NCBI GenBank assembly: GCA_001784175.1
Contig: MFPR01000028.1
Coordinates: forward strand, 37,955 to 101,954
DNA: 64,000 bases
Direction of reading: 5' to 3'
Source: Candidatus Lindowbacteria bacterium RIFCSPLOWO2_12_FULL_62_27
GTDB lineage: Bacteria > Lindowbacteria > 2-12-FULL-62-27
The notes under the pieces are model-generated. The model made no database searches. It had not been told where the DNA came from and saw nothing but the letters and a program-made list of their open reading frames with translations. Shown here in pieces: positions 1 through 9,558 of this stretch (position 1 is its first letter; each line of letters starts with the position of its first letter). The position numbers were made by a program, and so were the translations under genes.

Positions 1-936
1 GTCCTGGCCGCAGGGACAGCACGACCAGCTCAGGCGCTGGATCGTGCGATAGGGCACGCGCCACGGATGCCATTCCTTCTGGCCGGACGGCCCGAACACC
101 GCGACGACCGGCGTGCCGACGGCGCTCGCGATATGGACCGGCGCGCTGTCAACGCCGACAAACAGCCGCGCGCGCGCGATCAGCGCGGCCAGCGTCAGAA
201 GGTCGGTTCGCCCGGCGAGCGTTGCCGGTTTCGACCGACAGGCCGCCAGGATTCGCGACACCTTGTCCATCTCGACCGCGGCCGGCCCGGAGGTGACGAC
301 GGGCCGCAGCCCGAGCGCGCGTTCGGCGCCGTCCAGGAATCGCGCGTTGCCTTCGTCCGTCCAGCACTTGTACATCCACCGGGACGTTGGGTGCAGAATC
401 AATATCGGCTGGTCGGACGAAACGCCGGATTCTCTCAGGAGCCGGTCGGCCCGCGCCCGCGCATCGTCCGGAATCCTCAACTGCAGTTTCATGTCTTCGT
501 CCGCCGCCGGCCGCGCTCCGGCCAGGGCGACAAGATCGAGATTGGCCAGCGCCGTGTGTCCCCGGCCCATCCTGCAGGCGCGCGTGTAAAAAGGCCAGAC
601 GGGAACGCGCTTCCGAAATAAATATCCCAGCCGAATCGGCGCGCCGGAAACCATGCCCCAGAGCGCGCTGCGAGTGTCCCAGGAAAAATCGACGGACAGA
701 TCGAACGACCCCCGCCGCAGACGGTCGGCCAGCCGGACACGCCCGCCGGTGTCGCGCGGAAATTCCAGCACTTCGTCCACGAACGGCAGGTCCCGGAACA
801 AATCGGCCCCGCCGCCCTCCTTCGGAACAAGATAGGTCAGACGCGCGGACGGATGGTGTTTCTTCAGGAGTGCCAGCGCCGGCGTCGCCAGTAGGTTATC
901 TCCCACATGCCGGAGTTTGATCGCAAGGATGTTCAT
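1..936 (-). CDS. Glycosyltransferase family 9 (LPS heptosyltransferase-like), runs off left edge
   Basis: Manual translation from ATG 936: MNILAIKLRHVGDNLLATPALALLKKHHPSARLTYLV...LPFVDEVLEF, a typical GT9 N-terminus. Absent from the ORF track, consistent with no stop in the window. Confidence 0.85.
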   Translation of the reverse strand, partial: MNILAIKLRHVGDNLLATPALALLKKHHPSARLTYLVPKEGGGADLFRDLPFVDEVLEFPRDTGGRVRLADRLRRGSFDLSVDFSWDTRSALWGMVSGAPIRLGYLFRKRVPVWPFYTRACRMGRGHTALANLDLVALAGARPAADEDMKLQLRIPDDARARADRLLRESGVSSDQPILILHPTSRWMYKCWTDEGNARFLDGAERALGLRPVVTSGPAAVEMDKVSRILAACRSKPATLAGRTDLLTLAALIARARLFVGVDSAPVHIASAVGTPVVAVFGPSGQKEWHPWRVPYRTIQRLSWSCCPCGQD

Positions 937-955
937 CCACCGATGATTATATCAC

Positions 956-1029
956 CGCGCCCGAAGGGAGTCGAACCCCTGACCTACAGCTCCGGAGGCT
1001 GTCGCTCTATCCAGCTGAGCTACGGGCGC
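956..1029 (-). tRNA. tRNA-Arg (anticodon CCG), CCA not encoded
   Basis: Reverse complement GCGCCCGTAGCTCAGCTGGATAGAGCGACAGCCTCCGGAGCTGTAGGTCAGGGGTTCGACTCCCTTCGGGCGCG folds as a cloverleaf; anticodon stem ACAGC/GCTGT, loop CTCCGGA. Confidence 0.97.
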
Positions 1030-1077
1030 ACGGACGCCGACATCCAACCTCAATCCGCCGCTATCGTCAACCGCCGG

Positions 1078-1386
1078 TCAGTTGAACTTCGGCGTGTATT
1101 TCGCGACCCAGTCGGTCTTGAGGCCCTCCGCGTCCGCGTCGGATTTCGTGACGAACCACCGGAACCGTTTGGCCTCGCGGTCGGCGGAACTGTTGCGCTT
1201 GGAGACGATTTCCGCCTTCAAGCCCTGGCCGCAGCTTTTCCCGGCGTAGAGCACCTCGGCGGTCTTGTCGGTAAAGACGTAAACGCCTTCGGCGTCCGGC
1301 GCCTCATTCACGTCCGCCGGGTAGTACCGCTCAAAGGAGCTGTCCGCGACTCTGGCGTCGTTCAGATCGTTCAGGTCGAATCTCAT
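1078..1386 (-). CDS. Small GIY-YIG superfamily protein
   Basis: APDAEGVYVF...VLYAGKS resembles the UvrC-type GIY-YIG motif; C-terminal PKFN. Confidence 0.65.
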   Translation of the reverse strand: MRFDLNDLNDARVADSSFERYYPADVNEAPDAEGVYVFTDKTAEVLYAGKSCGQGLKAEIVSKRNSSADREAKRFRWFVTKSDADAEGLKTDWVAKYTPKFN

Positions 1387-1410
1387 TCGTCTTTTCTTGG
1401 GATGGGGTTC

Positions 1411-2394
1411 TCAGGAAGTCTTGATCCAGCGATTTTTTTCCAGCGATTCGTACGATTTCATCATGATGTTCACGGCGTGAAACCCGTCCTGCAGATTCAG
1501 GAGCGGACTGGCGTCGCCGCGGATGCATTGAATGAAGTGCCGGTTCTGCTTTACGAATGAATCGACCTTGCTGTACCCCTTGCCGAACACCACCCACTCG
1601 TTCGAGTTCGCCTGGCGGTACCGCGACTGCGCCCAGCCGACCCGCAGGGTGCCTTCGTTCCCGTAGACGCTCACGAAATCCTCCCGGTCCTCCTTCATGC
1701 TCCAGGACAGATTGATGACGCCGAGGACGCCGTTTTTCATGTGGATCGAAAGTTTCGCGGTATCCTCCACCTCGATGTCCTGGATCTGGATTCCCACCGT
1801 GGCCTGAACGCTCTCGATCTCGCCCAGCAGAAATCGCGCGATGTCGAGCGAATGCGACCCGTTGTCGAACAATACGCCGCCGCCGGAAATCTCCTTTTTC
1901 GAATTCCACCGGCCCCGCATGTCGTTCATTCCGGTGAAGACGTTTTCGTACAGGAGGATCTTGCCCAGAAGGCCGCTCTGGATGATCGCCTTGGCCTTCA
2001 CGACGTCGGCGCAAAAACAGAACTTCGAGGCCGGCATTCCCACCACGCCCGCCTTTTCCTGCGCGATCATCAGCGCCCGCGATTCGGCCACGTTCATGCA
2101 CAGCGGTTTTTCGCAAAGCACGGGAATCCTGCGCTCAAAGGCGTACAGCGCCTGTTCCGCATGATGCACGGGCGGCGTGCAAACAATGACGCCGTCCATC
2201 GGCACCGTGTCGAGAAATTTCCGGTAGTCGGTGTGACAGGGCGCGCCGTACCGCTCCGCCACGGACTTCGCCCGGGCTTCTTCGGTGTCGCAGACGCCGG
2301 CCACCTTGCACTCCGATATGAGATCCAGCGCCTCAAAATGGGTCTGCGCAATCCGGCCGCAGCCGATCATGCCGATGCGTATCGAGTCCGTCAT
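1411..2394 (-). CDS. Gfo/Idh/MocA oxidoreductase (WbpB-like)
   Basis: Rossmann IGCGRIA, CEKP, GGGVLFDNGSH. Confidence 0.9.
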   Translation of the reverse strand: MTDSIRIGMIGCGRIAQTHFEALDLISECKVAGVCDTEEARAKSVAERYGAPCHTDYRKFLDTVPMDGVIVCTPPVHHAEQALYAFERRIPVLCEKPLCMNVAESRALMIAQEKAGVVGMPASKFCFCADVVKAKAIIQSGLLGKILLYENVFTGMNDMRGRWNSKKEISGGGVLFDNGSHSLDIARFLLGEIESVQATVGIQIQDIEVEDTAKLSIHMKNGVLGVINLSWSMKEDREDFVSVYGNEGTLRVGWAQSRYRQANSNEWVVFGKGYSKVDSFVKQNRHFIQCIRGDASPLLNLQDGFHAVNIMMKSYESLEKNRWIKTS

Positions 2395-2498
2395 AAAGCG
2401 CGATTGTACACGCCCGGCGGGGGGAAAGCAAGAAAAATACGTCCGTTGACTGGCCTGCCTTCTTCTGATAACGGTGGGGCTTCAAAATTCAGGGAGAG

Positions 2499-3719
2499 GT
2501 GCGAACCGTGACACAACAAACCATGAAATTGCCCACCGATCAGGACATCAGCGGGCGCGATGTCGGGAGGGCGGAACTCAAGGAACTCAAGGAAGTGCTC
2601 GCCAGCGGGATGCTCTTTTCGCCCAAGGGCACCAAGGTGAAAGCTTTTGAAAAGGCGTTCGCGGAAATGTACGGCGTCCCGCGCGCCGTCGCCTGCAGCT
2701 CCGGGTCGGCGGCGGTCCATACCGCGCTCAAGGCGCTGCATCTTGAGCCGGGCGACGAGGTGATCACGACGCCGATCACCGACATGGGCGGCATCGCGCC
2801 GATCCTGTACGAAAATCTCGTCCCCGTCTTTGCCGATATCGATCCCCGCACATTCAACCTCAGCGCTGAAACCATCAAGGCCCGGATGACGGACCGCACC
2901 CGCGCGATCATCGTGGTGCATCTCTTCGGAAATCCCTGCGACATGGATCCGATCATGGAACTCGCGCGGAGCCGCAACGTCAAAGTCATCGAGGACTGCG
3001 CGCAGGCGTTTCTGGCGACCTACAAGGGCCGCAAGGTCGGCACGATCGGCGACGTCGGCGCGTTCAGCCTCCAGCAGGGGAAACACATCACCTGCGGCGA
3101 GGGCGGCATTGTCATCTCCAACGACGACAACTTCGGCCGGCAGGCGTTTCTGTTCGTCAACAAGGGCTGGGGCTACGGCGATCCGAAACCGGACCATTAC
3201 TTCCTCGCGCTCAACTACCGCCTCTCCGAACTCTGCGGCGCGATGGCGTTCGCGCAGCTCGGGAAACTGGAAAAACTCGTCTCCCGGCGGCTCCGGTCCG
3301 TCCGGGCATTCCAGCGGATGATCAAAGCCGCGCGCGAGGGCGTCCAGTGGCCCTACGTTCAGCGCGGCTGTCAGAGCACGTACTGGAAATACTGCCTGCT
3401 GATCGACGAGCAGAAGCTCGGCAAGGACGTGGGACAGGTGGCGGCCGAACTCAAAGAGGCCGGGATCGCGTCGGCGCCCCGGTACATTCAGAAACCTGCT
3501 TTTGAATGCGAACTTTTCACGAAACGCCGCACCTTCGGCGCCAGCGGCTGGCCCTGGAACGGGCCGGCGCCGCGCGAGCCGAAGTTCAACCCCGAGTTGT
3601 TTCCGAACACCTATCAGGTGCTGAAGACGATTCTCGTCCTGCCCTGGAGCGAGTTTTACAAAAAAGAGCACGTCGACTACATCGCCGAGCACCTTCTTCG
3701 GGCCACGGGCACCCGATAG
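2499..3719 (+). CDS. DegT/DnrJ/EryC1/StrS PLP aminotransferase
   Basis: SSGSAAVH, VIEDCAQA, FSLQQGKHITCGEGG. Start may be 2508 or 2523. Confidence 0.92.
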   Translation: MRTVTQQTMKLPTDQDISGRDVGRAELKELKEVLASGMLFSPKGTKVKAFEKAFAEMYGVPRAVACSSGSAAVHTALKALHLEPGDEVITTPITDMGGIAPILYENLVPVFADIDPRTFNLSAETIKARMTDRTRAIIVVHLFGNPCDMDPIMELARSRNVKVIEDCAQAFLATYKGRKVGTIGDVGAFSLQQGKHITCGEGGIVISNDDNFGRQAFLFVNKGWGYGDPKPDHYFLALNYRLSELCGAMAFAQLGKLEKLVSRRLRSVRAFQRMIKAAREGVQWPYVQRGCQSTYWKYCLLIDEQKLGKDVGQVAAELKEAGIASAPRYIQKPAFECELFTKRRTFGASGWPWNGPAPREPKFNPELFPNTYQVLKTILVLPWSEFYKKEHVDYIAEHLLRATGTR

Positions 3720-4358
3720 ATGGCCGGCGGCGGTCGGCGCGCCCGGCGCGCGTATTTCGTTCATCCCACCGCACTCATTGAGAAGAGGGTGCGGATCGGC
3801 CGCGGCACGTCGATCTGGGACAACGTCCACATCCGGCACGGCGCGGTGATCGGGGAGGAGTGCATCGTCGGCGAGAAGACCTACATCGCATATGACGTCC
3901 GGATCGGAAACCGCGTCAAGATCAACGCCATGGTCTACATCTGCGCCGCCGTCACCATCGAGGACGGCGTCATGATTTCCGCGTCGACCACATTCACCAA
4001 CGACAAATTCCCCCGCGCCTGCGTTGCCGATCTTTCGCGGCTCAGGCCCTCGGAGCCCGATGACGAAACCCTCAGCACCACGGTGCGCCGCGGCTCGACG
4101 ATCGGCGCCGGCTGCGTGATCGGATGCGGGTTTGATCTCGGAGAATACTGCATGGTCGGGATGGGATCGATCGTCACAAAACCGGTGCCGCCGTTCCACC
4201 TTGTCTTCGGCCAGCCTGCGCGGTCCCGCGGCGCGGTCTGCCGGTGCGGCCATCCGATCCTGACCGAGGACCCTGCGACGGTTGCGAACAAAGTTCTGAC
4301 GTGCGTGAAGTGTAAAGAACGGTATCGATGCCGCCGGGGCGAGGTCAGCCGGATCTGA
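3720..4358 (+). CDS. Hexapeptide N-acetyltransferase (WbpD-like) with C-terminal Zn ribbon
   Basis: FVHPTALIE, hexapeptide repeats, TFTNDKFPR, CRCG...CVKC. Confidence 0.88.
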   Translation: MAGGGRRARRAYFVHPTALIEKRVRIGRGTSIWDNVHIRHGAVIGEECIVGEKTYIAYDVRIGNRVKINAMVYICAAVTIEDGVMISASTTFTNDKFPRACVADLSRLRPSEPDDETLSTTVRRGSTIGAGCVIGCGFDLGEYCMVGMGSIVTKPVPPFHLVFGQPARSRGAVCRCGHPILTEDPATVANKVLTCVKCKERYRCRRGEVSRI

Positions 4359-5776
4359 ACCCGCGGTTAAGCGCCCGGGAGGGGTGGGCGCTGCTTGGAT
4401 TGGTTCTGGCCGGGATATTCTTCCGGGTCTGGATCCTGGAGGGCGCCGGCATCAGTCCGGGCGGGCAGAATTATTATTACCGCGAGATCGTCCGCGGCAT
4501 GCGCGAGCGCGGAGAAATCGGGCTGTACCCCTACCGCGCGGATGCGTTTGTGGAGTTTCCGGAAATCATCAACGATCCGACCCCGCCGATTCGGAAGGTC
4601 GACCGCACCTTGCAGGACTTCGGCGTCAGCGTTGAAAGCGATTCGCGATTCATGGAATGGACCCCGCTTTTGCGGTATCCGCCGGGGTTCCCCGTCTTTT
4701 TGTACGCGGCGCACGGCGTCCTCGGCGACAAAACCAAACGGGTGGTCCTGCTGTGCATCGTCCTGAACGGAATCATGATCGCGCTGACGTTTCCCGTGGC
4801 CTGGATGCTGTTTCAGAGGAGAGACGTGGCGTGGGCCGCAACGGCGGTCAACGCGTTCTGGATTTTCACCGCCAAAAATTCCGCCACCTACGATCCCGCG
4901 TCGCTGGTCATCCCCGTCATGATGGCGGCCTGCCATTCGGCGCTCATGGCCTGGCATACGGGCAGGTGGCGATGGGTCCTGTCGATGGCCGCGCTGTCGT
5001 TTGTGGCGTCGAACCTTCGCGCCGACACGTTCTTTGTGTCGCTCCTGTTGCCGCTCGCCCTCTGGTTCCGCCCGGTTTCGATCCGGGAGAAACTGATCAA
5101 GCCGGCCGCCGCGATCGCGGTGGCGCTGGCGCTCTGGATTCCGTGGTCGTATCACAACCTGAACCATTTCGGCGTGTTTCGGCCGTTTCCCGCCGGCGCC
5201 GGATTCAACATCCTGGTGACCATTGGCCGCTACGCCCCCGAAAGCGGGTTTCCAGCGGACGACTATCAGACCATCGTCTGGGATCTGGGAGAGGATGCGG
5301 TCCGGCAGAAACTCTGGCCGTCCGACGTCACCTACCCGAACGGCGTGGCGCGGGACAAGCGGAAACTGGATCGGGCGGTCGAATGGATTCGCGAGCATCC
5401 GGTTCGGTACGCGGCGGTGATGCTGGTTCACATGAGATACTTTTTCTTCGCCGAGGAGGAGGCGGTGGAACAGCAGATCCGCGGCTGGTTTTCCGCGTTT
5501 CCTCCGGCCGTGGCCCGCGTCATGGGTTGGATCGGCAGGGCGATGGAACCGGCGGCGATACTTCTCGCGTGCGCGTGTCTATGGCGAAAGCGGAAAGATT
5601 CGAGTATGATGGTTCCCGTCATGCTGCTCTGGTCGTACGTGCTGCCGCATCTGCCGCTTTGGGTGGAATCAAGATATTTCAAAGCGGCCTGGCCGATCGT
5701 CCTGATTTTTTCGGTGGCCTGCATCCTGACCATGATCCGCAGGCCGGATCGCGCGGCGGAGGCTCGGGCGTCATGA
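4328..5776 (+). CDS. Polytopic membrane protein, GT-C/ArnT-like glycosyltransferase
   Basis: Multiple hydrophobic helices, RYPPGFPVFL, PWSYHN, ESRY. Confidence 0.6.
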   Translation: MPPGRGQPDLNPRLSAREGWALLGLVLAGIFFRVWILEGAGISPGGQNYYYREIVRGMRERGEIGLYPYRADAFVEFPEIINDPTPPIRKVDRTLQDFGVSVESDSRFMEWTPLLRYPPGFPVFLYAAHGVLGDKTKRVVLLCIVLNGIMIALTFPVAWMLFQRRDVAWAATAVNAFWIFTAKNSATYDPASLVIPVMMAACHSALMAWHTGRWRWVLSMAALSFVASNLRADTFFVSLLLPLALWFRPVSIREKLIKPAAAIAVALALWIPWSYHNLNHFGVFRPFPAGAGFNILVTIGRYAPESGFPADDYQTIVWDLGEDAVRQKLWPSDVTYPNGVARDKRKLDRAVEWIREHPVRYAAVMLVHMRYFFFAEEEAVEQQIRGWFSAFPPAVARVMGWIGRAMEPAAILLACACLWRKRKDSSMMVPVMLLWSYVLPHLPLWVESRYFKAAWPIVLIFSVACILTMIRRPDRAAEARAS

Positions 5777-6861
5777 ACGTGATGATTGTGCTCGGGACGC
5801 GCCCCGAAATCATCAAGATGGCGCCGATCATCCGCGAACTTCGAACTCGCCGGCGGCGGTTCTCGCTCGTCCATACCGGCCAGCACTATTCGTACGAAAT
5901 GGACCGGACCTTTTTCAAGAGCCTCGGCTTGCCGGCCGCGACCGTCAATCTCAACGTCGGCTCGGGAACACACGGCGCCCAGACGGCCAAAATCCTTCAC
6001 CGGATCGAACAGGTCCTCCTCGAACTCAAACCGGACGTGGTTCTGGTCGAAGGCGACACCAATTCTGTCATGGCCGGCGCGCTGGCGGCGGTCAAATGCC
6101 ACATCCCGGTCGGCCATGTCGAGGCGGGACTCCGGTCGTTCGACCGGCGGATGCCGGAGGAGATCAACCGGATTGTCGCCGATCATGTCGCGTCTTTTCT
6201 GTATGCTCCAACGCCGCTCGCCGCCCGCCAGCTCCGGAAGGAGGGCATCGCCGTCGGAAAGATTTTGGTCACCGGCAACACCGTGGTCGACAGCCTCGAC
6301 TGGATCAAAAAAAATCCCGCGCTGGCGGCGACGGTTCGGTCCCTCGGATTTTCGCCGGGCCGGTTTCTCCTCACCACGATTCACCGGGAGGAAAATGTGG
6401 AGGACCGGCGGCGGCTAGCCGGGATCGTCGACGGCCTTCATCGCGTGGCCCGGCATTTCGACATGCCGGTCGTCTTTCCGGCGCATCCTCGAACCAAGGG
6501 GAGACTGAACCGGTGGGGCCTGGAAAATTCTCTCAAACTAAAAAATATCCGGCTCCTGCCGCCGCTCGACGCCCTCCCCTTCATGGCCCTCCAGACGCAC
6601 GCCCGCCTGGTTCTCACCGATTCGGGCGGAGTCCAGGAGGAATCCTGCATTCTGCGGGTGCCCTGCGTGACGCTCCGCGACAACACGGAACGGCCCGAAA
6701 CGGTTGCTGTCGGCGCCAACCTCCTCGCCGGCGCCGATCCCGGCAAGATTCTGGCGGCTTCCGTACGCATGTCAAACCGCGCGCGGTCCTGGAAGAACCC
6801 GTTTGGTGACGGCCGGTCGGGCCGGAGGATCGTTGACCACTTGAGTTCTATTTTCCATTAA
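5773..6861 (+). CDS. wecB: UDP-N-acetylglucosamine 2-epimerase (non-hydrolysing)
   Basis: ATG 5773: MNVMIVLGTRPEIIKMAP, HTGQHY, HVEAGLRSFDRRMPEEINR, TDSGGVQEE, TERPET. Confidence 0.93.
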   Translation: MNVMIVLGTRPEIIKMAPIIRELRTRRRRFSLVHTGQHYSYEMDRTFFKSLGLPAATVNLNVGSGTHGAQTAKILHRIEQVLLELKPDVVLVEGDTNSVMAGALAAVKCHIPVGHVEAGLRSFDRRMPEEINRIVADHVASFLYAPTPLAARQLRKEGIAVGKILVTGNTVVDSLDWIKKNPALAATVRSLGFSPGRFLLTTIHREENVEDRRRLAGIVDGLHRVARHFDMPVVFPAHPRTKGRLNRWGLENSLKLKNIRLLPPLDALPFMALQTHARLVLTDSGGVQEESCILRVPCVTLRDNTERPETVAVGANLLAGADPGKILAASVRMSNRARSWKNPFGDGRSGRRIVDHLSSIFH

Positions 6862-6880
6862 GATAGGTAGAGCGCTTGAT

Positions 6881-7738
6881 ATGAAAAAATCTCAGATCAA
6901 AATCGGCATGGGACAGATGTTGGTGGAGGGAGGCGAGCCGGACCGGAATTTGGACCGGGCCGGCGAGATGATCCGGCAGGCGGCGGAGAAGAAATGCGAT
7001 TTGATTCTCCTGCCGGAACTCCTGGATCTCGCATGGTCGCATCCGAGTGCCCTGACGAAATCGCAGCCGATCCCCGGACCCTTCAGCGACCGGCTCTGCG
7101 GCAAGGCCCGGGAACACCGTATCTGGCTTGTGGCGGGCCTGACCGAACGGGACGGCGACAAGGTCTACAACTCGGCGATCTTCGTGAAACCAGACGGCGA
7201 AATCCTTCTGAAATACCGGAAAATAAATGAACTCAAAATCGTCCATCATTTCTACGAACTCGGCCAGTCTCTCTCCGTGGTCGAAACGCCCTTCGGCATG
7301 GTCGGAATCAACATCTGCGCGGACAACTACATCGATTCGCTCGCGATCGGACACACCCTCGCACGGATGGGCGCGCAGATCATTATCTCACCGTCCTCCT
7401 GGACGGTCGATTATTCCATCACGGAAGAACAGGACCCCTATGGCGAGAAATGGGTGAAACCCCTGACGATCCTCGCCAAATTGTACGACCTGGTCATCGT
7501 CACGACCACCAGCGTCGGATATCTCGTCGGAGGGCCTTACGAAGGGAAAAAGTCGGTGGGATGTTCCCTGTGCGTCGACAAAAACGGCGTCATCGCCAAG
7601 GGCCCCTACAACGAATTCGCCGGGGAACTGGTCGTTGCGGACATCAACATTCCCGATCGCAAGGAAAAAGGAACAGAACTTTGCGCGATGGTCCGGCAGA
7701 AAGGATATCGCGAATCCTTCAGCGGGTGGACTTGGTAG
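6881..7738 (+). CDS. Carbon-nitrogen hydrolase (nitrilase family)
   Basis: Catalytic E-K-C triad context: LLPE, YRKIN, ICAD. Confidence 0.88.
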   Translation: MKKSQIKIGMGQMLVEGGEPDRNLDRAGEMIRQAAEKKCDLILLPELLDLAWSHPSALTKSQPIPGPFSDRLCGKAREHRIWLVAGLTERDGDKVYNSAIFVKPDGEILLKYRKINELKIVHHFYELGQSLSVVETPFGMVGINICADNYIDSLAIGHTLARMGAQIIISPSSWTVDYSITEEQDPYGEKWVKPLTILAKLYDLVIVTTTSVGYLVGGPYEGKKSVGCSLCVDKNGVIAKGPYNEFAGELVVADINIPDRKEKGTELCAMVRQKGYRESFSGWTW

Positions 7739-8519
7739 CGACCTCGATCCGCATCGAACAAAAGATTTCTCCGCCCGGTGGAACTTCCAGGCGCTCGTCC
7801 GGCCTCAGGAGCGACCCGACGCCCGCCGACCACGGTTCAAAACACATGTAATCCGGCCGATCCGACCACACCACCAGCCGGGACGCGGGACGGAGAAACT
7901 CGCCGCCGGGAATCATCGATACCCTGCCTGTACCCGGAATCTCCATGTCGACCCGCTGCGGCATCAGGATCAGCGATTCGTCCAGCCGGTAGGTCCCGAT
8001 GTCAAACGCGAGAACATTCGTCGTCAACTTCAGGCGGCTGTCCGCCGAGATCGCGAAATAGGGATGGAGACCCGGCGCCGTCCAGAGCGGAACCCCGCCG
8101 GGATTCGAAACTCGCAGGGAAACGGTCAGCGACTCCGGATCGATCTCGATCCCGGCACGGACTTCAAATTCGAACGGGAACTTCGACTTGGTTTCGGCGG
8201 TGGCCCGAAGCCTGAGCGCAACGCGGCGCCCGTCCGCCGGAGATTCGACCGCCTCCCACGCCATGTCGCGGGCGAACCCGTGCTGGGCCAGATTGAAATT
8301 CGGCGGTGGCGCTGATAGCGCGCCGGCTTGGGGAAACAGAACGGGAATTCCGCCGCGGCGTTTCTTTCTGCCGCTCACGTCGATCTGGCCGTCAGGGTAC
8401 AGGATGCGCGTCCCGCCCACGGAAAAATCTGTGACCAAGCCGCCCTGTGTCGCGTCCACCATCGCGGTGGCCCGGCCGCTCGACAGCTTCAGAATCGTTC
8501 CCGGTTTTATCAGGCTCAT
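7719..8519 (-). CDS. Aldose 1-epimerase / galactose mutarotase-like
   Basis: RGGIPVLFP, QHGFARD, GLHPYF, CFEPW. Likely start ATG 8519. Confidence 0.88.
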   Translation of the reverse strand: MSLIKPGTILKLSSGRATAMVDATQGGLVTDFSVGGTRILYPDGQIDVSGRKKRRGGIPVLFPQAGALSAPPPNFNLAQHGFARDMAWEAVESPADGRRVALRLRATAETKSKFPFEFEVRAGIEIDPESLTVSLRVSNPGGVPLWTAPGLHPYFAISADSRLKLTTNVLAFDIGTYRLDESLILMPQRVDMEIPGTGRVSMIPGGEFLRPASRLVVWSDRPDYMCFEPWSAGVGSLLRPDERLEVPPGGEIFCSMRIEVATKSTR

Positions 8520-8557
8520 CACTTGCACCCTAGCACGCGGTGCGCTTGCGGCACAAG

Positions 8558-8575
8558 CAGGGTTGAAATGCGGCG
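8558..8575 (+). repeat. 18-bp direct repeat, left copy (CAGGGTTGAAATGCGGCG)
   Basis: Identical to 12903-12920. Confidence 0.85.
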
Positions 8576-8579
8576 ACAT

Positions 8580-8770
8580 CCGGAATTTTTTGGGCGTGAT
8601 AACCGGAATCCATTCCCGCCGTCCGTCATTCCCGCGAACGCGGGAATCTAGACCCTTTTACGTGTCATCCGATCCGGATACGTGCCGGAGGCACGCCCTC
8701 GCGCCCATTGGATGCAATCGGTATGTCCATCAACCAGAAACTCAAATCTCAATCTCCGTCCCCCGTCCAA
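8580..8770 (+). repeat. Mosaic palindromic repeat A (L1-core-R1)
   Basis: 56-bp core 8622-8677 with ATTCCCGCG-AA-CGCGGGAAT; L1 shared with B, R1 shared with C. Confidence 0.95.
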
Positions 8771-8771
8771 A

Positions 8772-8816
8772 ATATATGGAAGATAATATTGACAAACCTC
8801 CATATATGTCTATACT
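8772..8816 (+). promoter_or_regulatory. Sigma70 promoter with operator for the brnT/brnA pair
   Basis: TTGACA 8789-8794, 16 bp, TATACT 8811-8816; inverted repeat ATATATGGA/TCCATATAT; ATG 6 nt after the -10. Confidence 0.75.
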
Positions 8817-8822
8817 CTCCTG

Positions 8823-9107
8823 ATGGACGTTCGATATGGGGATTTTGTCTGGGACGCGAACAAGGAAAAAGCGAATATCAAAAAGCACGGCGTCGATTTT
8901 CGGACCGCGGCTCTGGCGTTTATGGACCAAAACGGCAAAATCATCGAGGACATGGAGCACAGCCGCGACGAGGAGCGCTTTTACTGCATCGGCATGGCGC
9001 ATGCCGATGTCCTCACGGTCTGGTTCACATATCGTGAGGCCTTGTTTCGCATCATCGGCGCTGGATATTTCCGAAAAGGAAGGAGCATTTATGAAAAGAC
9101 AATTTAA
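8823..9107 (+). CDS. BrnT family toxin
   Basis: FVWDANKEKANIKKHGVDF...EERFYCIG...RIIGA. Confidence 0.9.
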   Translation: MDVRYGDFVWDANKEKANIKKHGVDFRTAALAFMDQNGKIIEDMEHSRDEERFYCIGMAHADVLTVWFTYREALFRIIGAGYFRKGRSIYEKTI

Positions 9108-9321
9108 ATTTCCGAAAAAATTCCGGATTGTTCCCAGGGACGCATTCCCGCTGCCCGAGGATATTTGGATTCCTGACGACGGCGTGAAGATTACGTTGAA
9201 TCTTTCCCGTTACAGCGTCGATTTTTTTAAACGCGCCGCGCGCCGTCATAAAATCAAGTACCAGCGCGCGATACGGGATGTTCTCGATCGTTACGCCGAT
9301 CTGAATAAAAAAATCGCTTGA
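9091..9321 (+). CDS. BrnA/CopG-like antitoxin
   Basis: ATG 9091 overlapping the toxin end; VKITLNLSRYSVDFFK...KYQRAIRDVL. Confidence 0.82.
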   Translation: MKRQFKFPKKFRIVPRDAFPLPEDIWIPDDGVKITLNLSRYSVDFFKRAARRHKIKYQRAIRDVLDRYADLNKKIA

Positions 9322-9377
9322 CATCTTCGCCCATCCGCTGAAATGAGAAGGCGGGTTCGACATCGACGATGTAACAG

Positions 9378-9523
9378 CCGGAATTTTTTGGACGTGATAA
9401 CCGGAATCCATTCCCGCCATCCGTCATTCCCGCGAACGCGGGAATCCAGACCCTTTTACCCGTCATCCGATCCGGCGACTCGCTCCGTGTTCCATTACTG
9501 CAAAACTGCAAGTGTGACCCCGA
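9378..9523 (+). repeat. Mosaic palindromic repeat B (L1-core-R2)
   Basis: Core 9420-9475; followed by short CC(C)GA tandem repeats to about 9552. Confidence 0.95.
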
Positions 9524-9558
9524 CTCGGACCCCGACTCTACCGACTCCGAACAGAACG

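Noticed and set aside
2391-4253. 620-aa minus-strand ORF and similar long antisense ORFs (4367-5431, 9629-10861, 38528-39847)
   Set aside because: Shadow frames of real genes in GC-rich DNA, with no recognisable motifs.
4657-5772. 734-aa ORF suggesting a large N-terminal extension on WecB
   Set aside because: The extension overlaps the membrane-protein gene in another frame and is low-complexity; the real start is ATG 5773.
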